DNA of 63,236 bases, the filler included, from Octopus bimaculoides (Eukaryota), in assembly GCF_001194135.2 (NCBI RefSeq). It is 3 parts of 3 records of this genome, joined end to end, with 100 filler letters (N's around TTAATTAATTAA, not from the genome) between each part and the next. Parts side by side here need not be neighbours in the genome. Positions count along the whole stretch, not along the records: positions 29,701 to 61,144 come from NC_068985.1; 2 more parts are not named here. One strand, given 5' to 3'. Below, one piece after another: positions 36,173-49,180 of the stretch. Positions within the stretch are counted from its first letter, which is position 1, and each line of letters starts with the position of its first letter. The notes under the pieces were generated by a model. It saw only the letters and a list, made by a program, of their open reading frames with translations, ran no database searches and had not been told where the DNA came from. Both the position numbers and the translations under genes were made by a program.

Positions 36173-37156
36173 TATACAGAGAGAGAGAGAGGTATTTAAT
36201 ATATATAAATATGTCAACATACACATATAGATATACATCTGTACATAAATATACACACACACATATTTATATATAAACATAAATATATATATATGTATGT
36301 GTGTGTGTGTGTAAACTTGGAGACATACACATACATGAACACACAGGCTTATATTTCTATAATATTATATCTGAAAAATAACAAAAAAAAAGATATAGAA
36401 ATATTGGAAAAGCTAAACAATTCATGCATAGTTTTGTTCGAAAATGTCAAAAGATTGTTTACACATATTAATGCAGAAAATAACCTTTAAATAATTTGTC
36501 AAAAAGTCAGAAAATCACCCAAGTGACAGAGACATTCTTCGAAAATTCGTATGAAAATACTATAAGAAAACTGAAAGATTATGGTTAAAGACTTCAGGAG
36601 AATGACCTCGACTTTAATAATATAGAATCGAACGTTGAATTTCATATGTACGCCATATTCAGTATGAGACCTAGAACAGTTTTAAATGAGAAGCATTAAA
36701 TAATGGAAACATAAAACAGAAAATATATTGGTAATATTTCTTATAACGTAAGTGAACTAGGCATAAATAACAACATTATTTCGAAATGGAAATACTTAAA
36801 CAATAAATACTGTAGTTTCTTTTGACATTTGTACCATATATATTGAAATTAAACGAGGACTAGATAATAATCTATAAACGTTAAATGCTCTCAACAACCA
36901 GTTATAAATTAAATTTTTCTAGTAAACCATTTTAGGTTGCTCGAACAAAAATCTAATTCCTGTTGCTCCGATACAGCAAAATGAATACGTCTTTTTAAAA
37001 GTGGTTGACTGGTAGTCTTTCTCATTTCCTGTGTCTGCTTGTATGTGCTTGGCTAAGTATTGAAATCAACAAATTTCTTAGAACCAGCACATTTCTTGTA
37101 ACATTCACTCCATTAATATATAGATACATAAGTGCATTATTTTTACATAAACACAT

Positions 37157-37265
<109 letters not shown>

Positions 37266-37980
37266 TATATATATATGGATGATTCAAAGTCAAAGATATC
37301 AAAATTGAAACAAGCCTAAGGCTTTCTATTCGTATAAAATTAAGATAGATCTAAGGATTACTCATTCAAGGAAGCTAATAAACGAATCTTATCAAAGATC
37401 TCATGTTACATTTGGGTTTTAGAAAGAAAATCTCCTGATTAGAATCAGCTGGCGAGGTTTTGAAAGATTGCTGACATTATGTAACTGATATGCAAAGATG
37501 TGGATACAATAAGCCAGAGAAATCACTGGCAGTGAAAGCCAAAACATGCTTATATATAAATGCTAACTTCAAGGTGTTCAGTAAAGGCAAACACGACAAT
37601 TTCATATTATATAATGGGATACCGTAAATATGATAGAGTATCTTAGCTGAGTGGCCGTGTCGTGATGTAAGTCTTTTGACACACATTTAAGTGTCCAGTA
37701 AGATATGAAAGCTTGGAATCTTGCGCAGATACATGTATAATCTTGGATCAACGTATATCTTCGGAAAAAGTTGCAAATAACGAGACTATGCGCAGTCCAT
37801 CATTTGGTTTCCTCAGCAATTTCAAAGTATATCCATACCAAACCTTAGAATACATTTCGTCGATTCCGTTTCATTAATGAAACTAACAGAAACACATTCA
37901 CATTTACATATTTGCATATATATATTCACATACATATACAAACACACACATACACACACACACATATATATATGCACATA

Positions 37981-38792
37981 TGAAGGGGTAGCCATAAGTA
38001 GCCGAAAACTGTCTCTGTGGGACAAACACGTTCTAGTTCAAGTCTCCACCGCTAGAAGACACATGATGTGATCTTCAGACATCGGTCTGCTGACTGATTT
38101 ACATCCGATGCAGCCGTACTCCCAAGTGGTGCGTCTTTGTTTTGAAGTGCTTCTCACCTATTCGTCGATGTTTGCGGTGGCTGAGAGGCGGAAACATTTG
38201 TCATGCTTCCAACAGTTTAGAAGGACACTGCCAGAAAGAAAACAGAGGTTTATGAGTGATTTTAACGTTTTAGGAACGGTCACTTGTCCCTTGAAGACCA
38301 ACCTAGTTCAGAACGACCATCAATCTCCCAAACGAATGGAAACATCCTAAAAATTCAGGAATTGATCTTGGAGGACTGTCACCGAAAAATTTGCAAACTT
38401 GCTGATATTACCAGAGTATCATGGGGCTACTGCCAACGAATTGTAAGCGAGCAAATGCAAATGAAAATAGTTGCAGCAAAATGTGTGCATCACTGGCTCG
38501 AGGAAGATCAAAATCAGTCACGATTGAATGTGTGTCGCGAACTGAAAGAACAGTTGGAAGTTGATCCGGACCTTTTCCGAAGGCCACGAATGCTGGTGCT
38601 ACAGAATTTGCAGATGTGGAAGAGGTGAAGGGAAAAACGGTGGAGGCATTACTTAGTAAGGGTACTAGTACCGCTTTGAATAGTGGAAAACGCACCTGGA
38701 TCGATGCATTACTTCAAATGCAGAATATTTTGAACGCGATAAAAGTGTAATCATGTAAGCTTAGTGAGTAGAATAATATTGCAAAATTCCGG

Positions 38793-38795
<3 letters not shown>
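37981..38795 (+). mobile_element. Mariner-like element, internally deleted (catalytic domain missing)
   Basis: AETFVML...KTEVYE*F*RFRNGHLSLEDQPSSERPS...VAAKCVHHWLEEDQ...DPDLF jumps to FADVEEVK...WKTHLDRCITSNAEYFE. It begins after TA at 37979-37980; a right TIR remnant AAATTCCGGTTA at 38784-38795 runs into (TA)n. Confidence 0.85.
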
Positions 38796-38858
<63 letters not shown>

Positions 38859-40339
38859 TATTGTTATTATTATTAATATTATTAATATTATTACTTTTAT
38901 TATCATTATTATTAAGACATCAAGCTAAATGGGATGTGAGTATCCTAGTTCTCCGGTTTATACTAGCGTTCAGGGAAAACCAAATATATTAGTTTTTCAC
39001 CGAAGCATATAAATACTTAACAAAAAAAAAAAACTTATCGAATAAAAAAAAAATGGATAAAATTGACATACAGATGCTATGTATTTAAAGTCATTCAAAT
39101 TCACACAGAGAAATTTCTGCCTACAGCTGTTTCCACATTAAATCAATTCAAATACAGCAACTAAATTCAGTTCAAATTCGCATATTCGAAATTAGTCACT
39201 TGGGTGACTCAAGGAGAATTTCAAAATGATGTCACAGTTCTACTTGTAACCTAACCTACGACAAACTTAGATGTGTGTGTTTCTTTTTCTTGAAAGCAAG
39301 AATCCCTTAGAAAAAAGGTTACTACCATGTACACATAAATAGATACATTCAGCATATTTGTGGTCGTGCAAATATGATACTCGATAGTTCATTGATGGTG
39401 TTATGGTAGTTAAGATATAGATATTATAGAGAGATGTTAGATATAAACGAGTGAATGGGTGAGTTGTTAAATATGTCAAGTAGTTGAGCTTATGCTTCGT
39501 AACAATACTGAAGAGAATAAAAAATATTATAATAAATTCCATTTAATCCCATGCAAAACTCTTACGTCATCAATATCTGCGTAACTATACTGTCAATACT
39601 TATTACGTAAACATAATCGGAACCCAAATATTACCAGATATTACACAGAAAAATCTACATGATAACTAAGCATAATTATGTATGCGTGTATGTGTTTATG
39701 TGTGNNNNNNNNNNNNNNNNNNNNNNNNNNNNNNNNNNNNNNNNNNNNNNNNNNNNNNNNNNNNNNNNNNNNNNNNNNNNNNNNNNNNNNNNNNNNNNNN
39801 NNNNNNNNNNNNNNNNNNNNNNNNNNNNNNNNNNNNNNNNNNNNNNNNNNNNNNNNNNNNNNNNNNNNNNNNNNNNNNNNNNNNNNNNNNNNNNNNNNNN
39901 NNNNNNNNNNNNNNNNNNNNNNNNNNNNNNNNNNNNNNNNNNNNNNNNNNNNNNNNNNNNNNNNNNNNNNNNNNNNNNNNNNNNNNNNNNNNNNNNNNNN
40001 NNNNNNNNNNNNNNNNNNNNNNNNNNNNNNNNNNNNNNNNNNNNNNNNNNNNNNNNNNNNNNNNNNNNNNNNNNNNNNNNNNNNNNNNNNNNNNNNNNNN
40101 NNNNNNNNNNNNNNNNNNNNNTTAAAAGCATCTGCCTTTAAATGTTTTTTTTTTTACATGCTGTTTAATTTAGAAACCCTCATACAAAATCATGGAGTAA
40201 AAACTTCTTCAGAAAATAAGAAATTGCAATCATTTCAATGTCATGATTAGCGAAACGCGAAACCGGTCGACTATCACAATACTCAACCTTCTAGAATATT
40301 TTAAAACTATGCAAAATGTATGTGTTTTCCTTCTTTTAT

Positions 40340-40381
<42 letters not shown>

Positions 40382-40403
40382 ATGCACACACACATACACA
40401 CAA

Positions 40404-40438
<35 letters not shown>

Positions 40439-43400
40439 AATTATGCCTCCCTTTGCGCATTAAGAAAATTCATGTTTATGTATTTAAATACGAGACGTTT
40501 TGTCGTATATTGCTTACGAGTTTAATTTTGTTTCATATTTCATATTTCATATGAAGGAATAAACTTTAGTTTTCTATAATCGGATGGCGGTCATTTTCGT
40601 GTCTAATATGATTATCGTGTAACAAATACATTTTCCTGACTAAAATGTAGAAATTTTGAAGTACTTTGAATTAATTGAAAATATATTTACGTTACAAAAC
40701 TCTGAACTTTCTCGGATACCTATAATCATAGCGAGACGTTCACTCAGATAACCTATGGTGTATTTGACTTAATACTTTCATGTTTTAATGCCTACAACAA
40801 ACATTGATGTATATCTTTCGAAGACAACTAATCAGAATTAAATAGGTAGTAGAGATACTCAGTGCCCTTCCCATCAAAGATCTGTGTCACTAAGAAATAT
40901 GACATAAAAGGAAAATGTGTTCAATTTCTGGTGATATAATGGTCTATATTCTCTTTCACACTATAGAGAACTTTCACAATACAAGATTAAGTGCACAACT
41001 TCCGGTCCGTCTGGCTAAATGGGCAAACCTCTATTTACTATGAACAAAACAATCGATTATTTCCCAACCATTTTCCTATTATTTAAATACAAAATACGTC
41101 TACGAATTCTGATCCACGTTTTGCTAATAAATTCCAGTTTGCAGTTTTATGTAGGAAAACTGTTTCTTTTTTATATAAACAGTCAGTGATTTGTAATGTC
41201 GAATAACGCATATGAGACTATAAGGCTTCGTTCCTTTAAATAATTTAGAATATGTTTTAGTTTTTCCCAGCAAGGTTATTATTGTTGTTGTTTAATTAGA
41301 AATAATTGTGCTGAAATCCTTTTCTATGTCTTTCCTTTCTCTATATAAATGTTAATCTTGAATCATCCATCGTAGCTAAAATTATGGTTAATGCATTATC
41401 AATGTTTTATCTACATAATTCTTTCTTATTTGAATGCATTTTATTTCAATTTCGAACATTTTATTTATAAACGTAATTTTTTAAGGAGACATATATAATT
41501 TCTTCTTACGAATAAATGAATAAAAGAAACATATTTTCTGCACAATTCGGAAATCTTATTATCTACGAATATCTTAGGAATCGTATTAATGGGCTCAAAT
41601 TAATGCATTTCTATTGTATATGGCCAAAATGCTTTCAGAGCAGGAAATATGTTTTAAAAGAGTTAATAGAACACTAGCAACAAAATCAAATGAAATACTA
41701 CATAAAAATAACACTTAATTCCTCGTAAGAAATCGAAGTGCGTTGCATTTGTAATAAAAGAGATCAATTGAGCATTTTTACCTAGCTATAAATTTTTCGG
41801 AAGCTCTTAGTGGCTGAATATTATCTATGCTAGTAAAGACAGTAAATAAAGTTCTACGCCAATTGGTTTGGAATATATTGCATAAAAACGAACGAGCAGA
41901 CGAGTAGTATTGACTGTGAGCAATTTTCCCATTTTATGAAGCTAAATCGCCATTTAATGTCTGATAACATAACATGGTTATTTAATCTTCCAGTTTACAT
42001 CTTGAAGTCAACTGCAGTAACATCAGAAACAGTAGCTATTTAACATAGTAGCAACAATAGTTTCTCACAAAAGGTTTGAGAGAGATATTTCTTTGCAAAC
42101 TATCACTTTATACAGCGAATTATTTCCTTTTATATTTTGAAACTTCAAAATGTTTCTTGATGTAATATTTCGAATATGTGGAATTGAATAACATTTTTTT
42201 TCACTATTATGTTACTCAGTCGCTAAATATTGATTTTTTGTTAAGCACAGACGTTTGATTGGAGAAACTATTTTACTGGATGTTTCTTCAACAGTAACGG
42301 ATGAATGAAAGAAATGTTTATAGATGAGGGATTTAGAATTCTAAGACAAAGACAGTTTAAAACATTGAAAATGATATCATGAATAATTTATAATGTAAAC
42401 CTATTGTATCAGCCACTTATACAAGTCTATCTTGAAGTTACTAGTAATACAGTTTTTTTAGTCATTAATAGGTTATTCCTTTCGCGAGTGCATAATTCCG
42501 TAAGCCGAATTATTCGTTCCGTATTTATGTAGTTTGCAACACTTTTAATGCTTGCATATTACAGCTAAACTTCCTTACGTGATTTAATACATGTATATCA
42601 AGCGGAAATAGAAATGAAGAAATTGTGATTCAGATTTTTGTGTCGCATAAAACTAAAAGACCATTCTCAAACAGGGCATAATTTCTCTGTGAATTAAAGC
42701 TTCATAGCTCGGAACTTTTCAAGCATTATATAATGTCATATATCAAATGCTTTTTTCCTGTTATTATATCTTATCGTAATATGAATGAAAATCATTTAAG
42801 CGCATTTAAGTAAGAAATATTAACCTATACACGCACCTCCAAACAGCACTGAATGTAAGAAAATTAGAATTTGATGCTTGTTATTTATATATTTATTAAA
42901 TGAGATTAAGCCATCGTTAAACGTCTTCCAACTCTGTATACGACTTATAAAGTCAGTTCTGTGTCGTGACAAGCTTCGCCAAGTGTAAATGTTTTTATTT
43001 CATTCTCGATTCTTTTGTATGAAAAAATAGCGGTCAATGTTTAAGATGTTGGTTTCGTTGATTTTTATGAGACAGAAGAAAAAGTCATTAATGGCAATGA
43101 TTTATTCATCGATATGTCTTTAGTCATTTTCTTTCTATCGTATACTGCAGGTTTAAATATTCATTTAATCTCTAGCGTGGCGATTACTGATCAATACTAT
43201 AAAGAACATTTTCCAAATTAAAACCATTAGGATATATTTAGAAGGGAATGGGTCTCAGAAAAATGTTAGATGATGTTTTGAATGTCAAATGCTAGAAGTT
43301 AATAAGTCATTTCTGAAATGAAAAGTACAATTGTAAGTCATAACAATTTGTCGAAAGGAAAATGTAATACATATACAGCAATTATATTTACATTTCTTGG

Positions 43401-44762
43401 CTGCCGTTTTGAATGTGTGACAGCGCACTATTGGTAAGACAATTGACAAATATATTTTCTTTTTCTGACTCAAAATAACTCATTTGATCGAATTTTTCTC
43501 AAAATAACTAACCCATTAATGGAAAAATGTTAATTGAAATGAAAAAGGAAATAAAAGCTTGGAAACTAAATTTAGTAAAATCTGTAGCCATCTCGACTTT
43601 CCAGATATCGTCCCTTTGGCAATATTTCTCACTAAAATGATATACTTGCACAATTGCACCTCAACAACTACCTTCTTAAGTACATTTTTTTTTTATTTGA
43701 TATTTCTATTTTAAAACATACGCCAATTCTCAAGATGCAATACAATTTACCTTGCACAGAGTGTATTCCAAGTTTCCCCACAGTAATATAATTTCATTAA
43801 CGTAGTCATTTTGCTGTTAATATTATATTTACAGCGTGCAGCATATTCTTTGTGCCACGTTTGACTATGCGACATAGAGAGAAGTGAAACGCCTTTAGAA
43901 ATTTTATATTCGTTTTTATTTAGAATATTCATATTTGTTTTACGAATAATCATAATGAGACTACCGTTGTTTCAAAATTACAGACAAAAATATATCTAAT
44001 TGCTATTCTATAATTAAACGTTGTTTGTTTACCCGATTCGTCTGCCAATAATAATCTAGGCATTTATAGCGTCCTTCTTCAAATAAACGTGTATACAAAA
44101 ACTAAATGTAGGTTTCTGCCTTAGTGCAATGCTACTAATATAATAAATGGTTATAATTGAATGCTTGATTGGTTCTTCTTTTATCAGTTGTGTAAGATAA
44201 ACGGCCCTGTCAAACGTAGTAGATGTTGAACTTTGGACATATGTGTTTGAGTGTCCTGCAAAATAATTTATTTGTCATTCTGCCAATCCAGTTCCGTAAT
44301 AAAACAATGGCGAAATATTATATTATTATTTTTGTAATTTTGTGTGTGCAGGGGTGTGTGCAGAGTTTACGTTTGACAATTGTATTAGAACACTAGCAGA
44401 CAGTTACTCGACGTTGATCACATATATCGTATTAATTGATTCTTTTCATATATTTATAAAATTGCTATGAGAAGAAAACATCTCTAACGGATTTTGCAAA
44501 ACGTTTGCTTTCTTAAAACGGCACCCAGTCATTATTCGTAATTAGGAATTTTGTAGATATTGAAGTCAAATGGTCACTTCTATATGTGTTCGGTTACAGA
44601 ATAGAAATGAAGATATTAGCGTTTTCTCAATCACATAAAGTAAATAATGTGTGTACAATTCATTTTACATCATCAATTTCAGGTATGGCTTCCGATGAGG
44701 ACACAAATTGTACGAAGAATACGAACTTTTCCAATTCTATTCATATTATGATACGGGGTAGT

Positions 44763-44965
44763 AATGGCGCTGAGCTGGTCGAATCTGGCCAAAGGTTTAG
44801 CGCCATTTCGTCAGTTTTTACGGTTGAAGTTCAAATTCCGTCGAGGTTGAATTTGCCTTTCATACTTTCCTGTCGATACAATTAGTACCAACTGAGCACA
44901 GGGGTCGCACTAAACAACTTACACCCTACCCCGAAGTTGCTAGCCTTGTCTCACAATTTGATTCC
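44763..44965 (+). mobile_element. Diverged family A SINE
   Basis: GGCGCTGAGCTGG...GAAGTTCAAATTCCGTCGAGG...TTTGCCTTTCAT...AGTACCAACTGAGCACAGGGGTCG. Confidence 0.75.
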
Positions 44966-45648
44966 ACTTCGAAGAAATATGATATGGGGTGTTGCAAAAA
45001 TTAGATGGAGAGGAATCAAAATAGTAATTGTTTTAAAACTCATTGCTTTTGTAAAACTCCTATTTACGTTTTCTTCAGTTTAATTGCATATTTACTTATG
45101 CACACGTACAAATATATACGGGGTTACAGAGAGTACATGATCTTGAAGGAGGCATCGACCTCATATTTGGAATTTCTTGAATTTAAATATGTCCTCAAAT
45201 GAAAGCGTGAGAGTATATTTAACGTAAAACAACACCGGCTATAAAGACATGAGACTTGAAGCGCAATTTCAATTATTTAAATATTTCAACCATTTTACAT
45301 GAATCACCTAATACTTCTCATATATATGAAAAGAGATCCATATTATCTGGTATTTAGTTTGAATTCTTCCAGTTTCCTGTAATTGGCTGTCATTATTTCG
45401 TCCCTGTGAAAATATAATTTGACCACAATATTTACATTATCATGCAGGAAAATCTGCTCTTATTTCTCTCATTTAAAACTTAGCCTTTTCAATATATTAT
45501 TTCAGTAGCAATATCTTACACATAAATTGAATTTGGGATTAGTAACCTATAGTGCTGCTTTAGTAGTTTGTACATAAAACAATTCAATATACAGGATAGG
45601 AATCCAATGTGTTTTACTCAAGATGCTGACATTTTGAACACCTCATTG

Positions 45649-45683
<35 letters not shown>

Positions 45684-46750
45684 CAATAATAGCCTTTAAA
45701 TGAGTAAATGAGCAGAGAAATAATTGACCGTAATTATTTTTATACAAGTGTAATAATTTAAGATATGGATCTGGAAATGCAAATAAATTTCAGTATCACC
45801 AACTTTCTGTTGGCATTTAATTGCACTTTGAAATGTTGTTATCAATAAAGACATTACTTCACCGTGCTTTTATAATGTTCCTCAGTTATTCTTAGCATTA
45901 AAATCTTCCAGTTTATCTTTTTTTACTCATTCCATCTACCCCCACTCCCTCAGCTTACGGCGTTTTACTCTAGTCCGTTATCTCTATTTTTCCTTCAGCT
46001 CTTCCCCGTCGCTTTATCTCTCATTCCATCGCCTTCCCTTTCGCTCCGTCTCATTCTCTCTCGCGCGCACAATGTTCCTCTTTTGTTATTTATGGTAACA
46101 CCGTCTGCATGATTCCTGCTGTTATTGTTTACTCTTTGTTTATTATTACACTCCTTGACGATTTATTTCACAACTATCTTCCTCACTTCTAAATGGTATC
46201 AAAACATTTAACATGTTTTAAGTGTGTACACGTGGATATATGTACGTATGTGTGTCGGTAAATATCTTTTATGTACATTCATGCATGAAGATATTTGTGT
46301 GTGTCTAGGCGTGTGTCTATATTCGCATGGGTGTGTTAACATGTGTGTGTGTGAGTGCGTGTGTGTATGTGTGTGAAAGTCTTTATGTGTCTATACAGTT
46401 TTCCATTGACTTTTGTCTTGTTCACTCTGTCTTCCATTATCACTAAATCTTTTCATTTTAATTCTTGGTGAGATATTGCACATATGATATTCAATCGTCT
46501 GTTCTTTCACTTTTGCTTCGTTTCGTTCTTTTTCTAAAATTCAAACAATGCAGTTTCTTGGTCGATTCTATCTCAATATATTTTATTTCATCGATTCTCT
46601 CATCTTCCATAACGCTATAAGTTTATCTATTTTGTATACTCAGTCGTCCAAAGCGTTCGATATTCTAACTAATCCTAGTTTATTCGATCATTATCGTATT
46701 TATCTCATTATATATTATTACAAAACTATTGCTGGTAATTTGTATGTGTG

Positions 46751-46833
<83 letters not shown>

Positions 46834-47058
46834 NNNNNNNNNNNNNNNNNNNNNNNNNNNNNNNNNNNNNNNNNNNNNNNNNNNNNNNNNNNNNNNNNNN
46901 NNNNNNNNNNNNNNNNNNNNNNNNNNNNNNNNNNNNNNNNNNNNNNNNNNNNNNNNNNNNNNNNNNNNNNNNNNNNNNNNNNNNNNNNNNNNNNNNNNNN
47001 NNNNNNNNNNNNNNNNNNNNNNNNNNNNNNNNNNNNNNNNNNNNNNNNNNNNNNNNNN

Positions 47059-47150
47059 GAGAGAGAGAGAGAAGGAGAGAGAGAGAGAAGGAGAGAGAGA
47101 GAGAAGGAGAGAGAGAGAGAAGGAGAGAGAGAGAGAAGGAGAGAGAGAGC
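47059..47150. repeat. (GA)n array with 14-bp higher-order unit GAAGGAGAGAGAGA
   Basis: Direct inspection. Confidence 0.85.
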
Positions 47151-47186
47151 TAAAAAGGGGGAGATGTGTGTGTGTGTGTTTATATA

Positions 47187-47890
47187 GGGTGCGGTGAATA
47201 AGCAGTCGTCTAAATCATGCAGAAATGAAAATAACACTGACATCTAATTTTAACAGATATGTTTACCAAAATTTCATAAAAATATCTTGAAATACGGAAG
47301 ATTAAATGTATTCAATATAATCGCCATTGGCTCTAACCACGGCCTCCAGACGTCTTCGGAATCTCCTGGACCTCTCTGGAGGGTGACCTTGTTTAAGTTG
47401 GTGAACGCTGCTATAATGTATGCCTTCAGTTCACTTTTGGTGTTACAAGGAATTTTGTTGGACGCTCGCTTAATTTCGTCCCCCCCCCCTTGCAATAATA
47501 ATCAAGAGAATTGCAGACTTGGACGTGAGGTGGCAAGATGTTAGGGATGATGTGATCGCAGAAATTCTCTAACACCTATGACTTGGCTTTCCTGCATGCA
47601 TGGTAAGATGTAGAGTCCTGTTGCCGGACATAGGATCTTCCAGCAGCCACCCTCTTGGCCCAGGACAGCCCTACCTCCTCCAGACACTTAATGTAAGCCA
47701 CCTTATTGAGTGTGAGACCGTGTAAGATGATAACTGGAGGCATAACGTGGCCAGCTCTATTGATGATACTGACTGGATGTTTGTTTTTTATCATTCTCGG
47801 TTCAGGTCCTCAGGATGCACTGTCCTCAGATTGAGAACCAGACATTCTGAAATGTTCTTATAGGAGCATTCGGCGCGAAAGCCAAGCGGT
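47187..47890 (-). mobile_element. Tc1/mariner superfamily DD37D (maT-type) element, internally deleted and frameshifted
   Basis: Minus strand HPV...VMPP...YIKCLEEV...YVRQQDSTSYH...ENFCDHIIPNILPP...CNSLDYY gives 37 residues between the QQD and LD aspartates (counting one stop). C-terminus RRFRRRLEAVVRANGDYIE. The N-terminal HTH piece LGFRAECSYKNISECLVLNLRTV abuts it directly. Confidence 0.85.
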
Positions 47891-48040
47891 GCAGCGTGGA
47901 AGGTGTTTACAAGCCATTTAAAATAACACACAAAATCCATCAGACTCACTTCAACATTTAAATATTTTGACAAATTAAATTTAAATCTGACGGCTTTTGT
48001 GTGTTATTTTAAATGGCTTATAAACACCTTCCACGCTGCA
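47890..48040. repeat. Long inverted repeat (46-bp arms, 1 mismatch)
   Basis: TGCAGCGTGGAAGGTGTTTACAAGCCATTTAAAATAACACACAAAA (47890-47935) versus the reverse complement of 47995-48040. Confidence 0.92.
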
Positions 48041-48485
48041 ATTGTTTTCGTTCTAGCACACCATCTCAGAACAGGTCATTTGCTATGCAAGTACATCTCC
48101 GTATATNNNNNNNNNNNNNNNNNNNNNNNNNNNNNNNNNNNNNNNNNNNNNNNNNNNNNNNNNNNNNNNNNNNNNNNNNNNNNNNNNNNNNNNNNNNNNN
48201 NNNNNNNNNNNNNNNNNNNNNNNNNNNNNNNNNNNNNNNNNNNNNNNNNNNNNNNNNNNNNNNNNNNNNNNNNNNNNNNNNNNNNNNNNNNNNNATATAT
48301 ATATATATATATAAATATATATACATATATACATACATACATATATATGGCATATAAATTAAGGGTAAAACCACTTATAACCCTCGCGCCTTATTATTAG
48401 AATTAGTAGGGTAATTGTCACGCAATAACCAACAATTGTGTATTAATTCGATATTCTATCAGCAGTATATTGAATAGATATTATC

Positions 48486-48848
48486 ACATATGTGCATGAC
48501 ATGGTGATCTCATATCAAGATAAACAGCGCATGGCCGTGCGGGTGGGGCCCAGTTAGAATTTTCTTCAGGTCGAGTAGCCCATCCCGCTCAAAAGGTCTC
48601 TGAATGAGGTTTGTTTAAGGATGTTGAGCAAAACACCCATGTTTCCAAAGGTGAATTATTCAAACCCCAAAGAATTCCTCTCAACACATGGCTATGATTC
48701 TCCCCTACTACCTCTGCTCATGATCAAAGATGCACATATCGTCAGCCACCAAGAGCCATGCTCAACTGGTTAAGGTCAAACAATTGACAATCAAATTTGT
48801 TATATTAAGCAGAATATTTGCTGTAGCCCATTTTTTATACCAAGACAT
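48486..48848 (+). mobile_element. Family D repeat (5'-truncated) ending in (TTA)n-(TAG)n
   Basis: Reverse complement of 12300-12665. Confidence 0.8.
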
Positions 48849-48872
48849 TATTATTATTATTATTATTATTAT

Positions 48873-48941
<69 letters not shown>

Positions 48942-49072
48942 CAGCAGCAGCAGCATTCAGGTCACTGCTTGGAATCGAACTCGGAAACTTGAGGTTAGAG
49001 TTTGGGTTACTAACCCAGGCAGTGACCTAATAACAACAACAACAACAACAACAACAACATCGGACAAATAAC

Positions 49073-49180
49073 TTAGGAAGGAAAACCCTGGTTCGAAATT
49101 CCTCCAGGACACCTGATGAACGCTGTGTAAACAACAAACAAGATGAGGACAAATATCTGTCAAATGTAAATGATATAAAT
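49073..49180 (+). mobile_element. Family F repeat with hammerhead remnant (stem II deleted)
   Basis: Shares CTTAGGAA...GGTTCRAAATT..TCCARGACACCTGATGAA and AACAACAAACAAGAYGAGGACAAATATC with 59356-59480. Confidence 0.7.
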
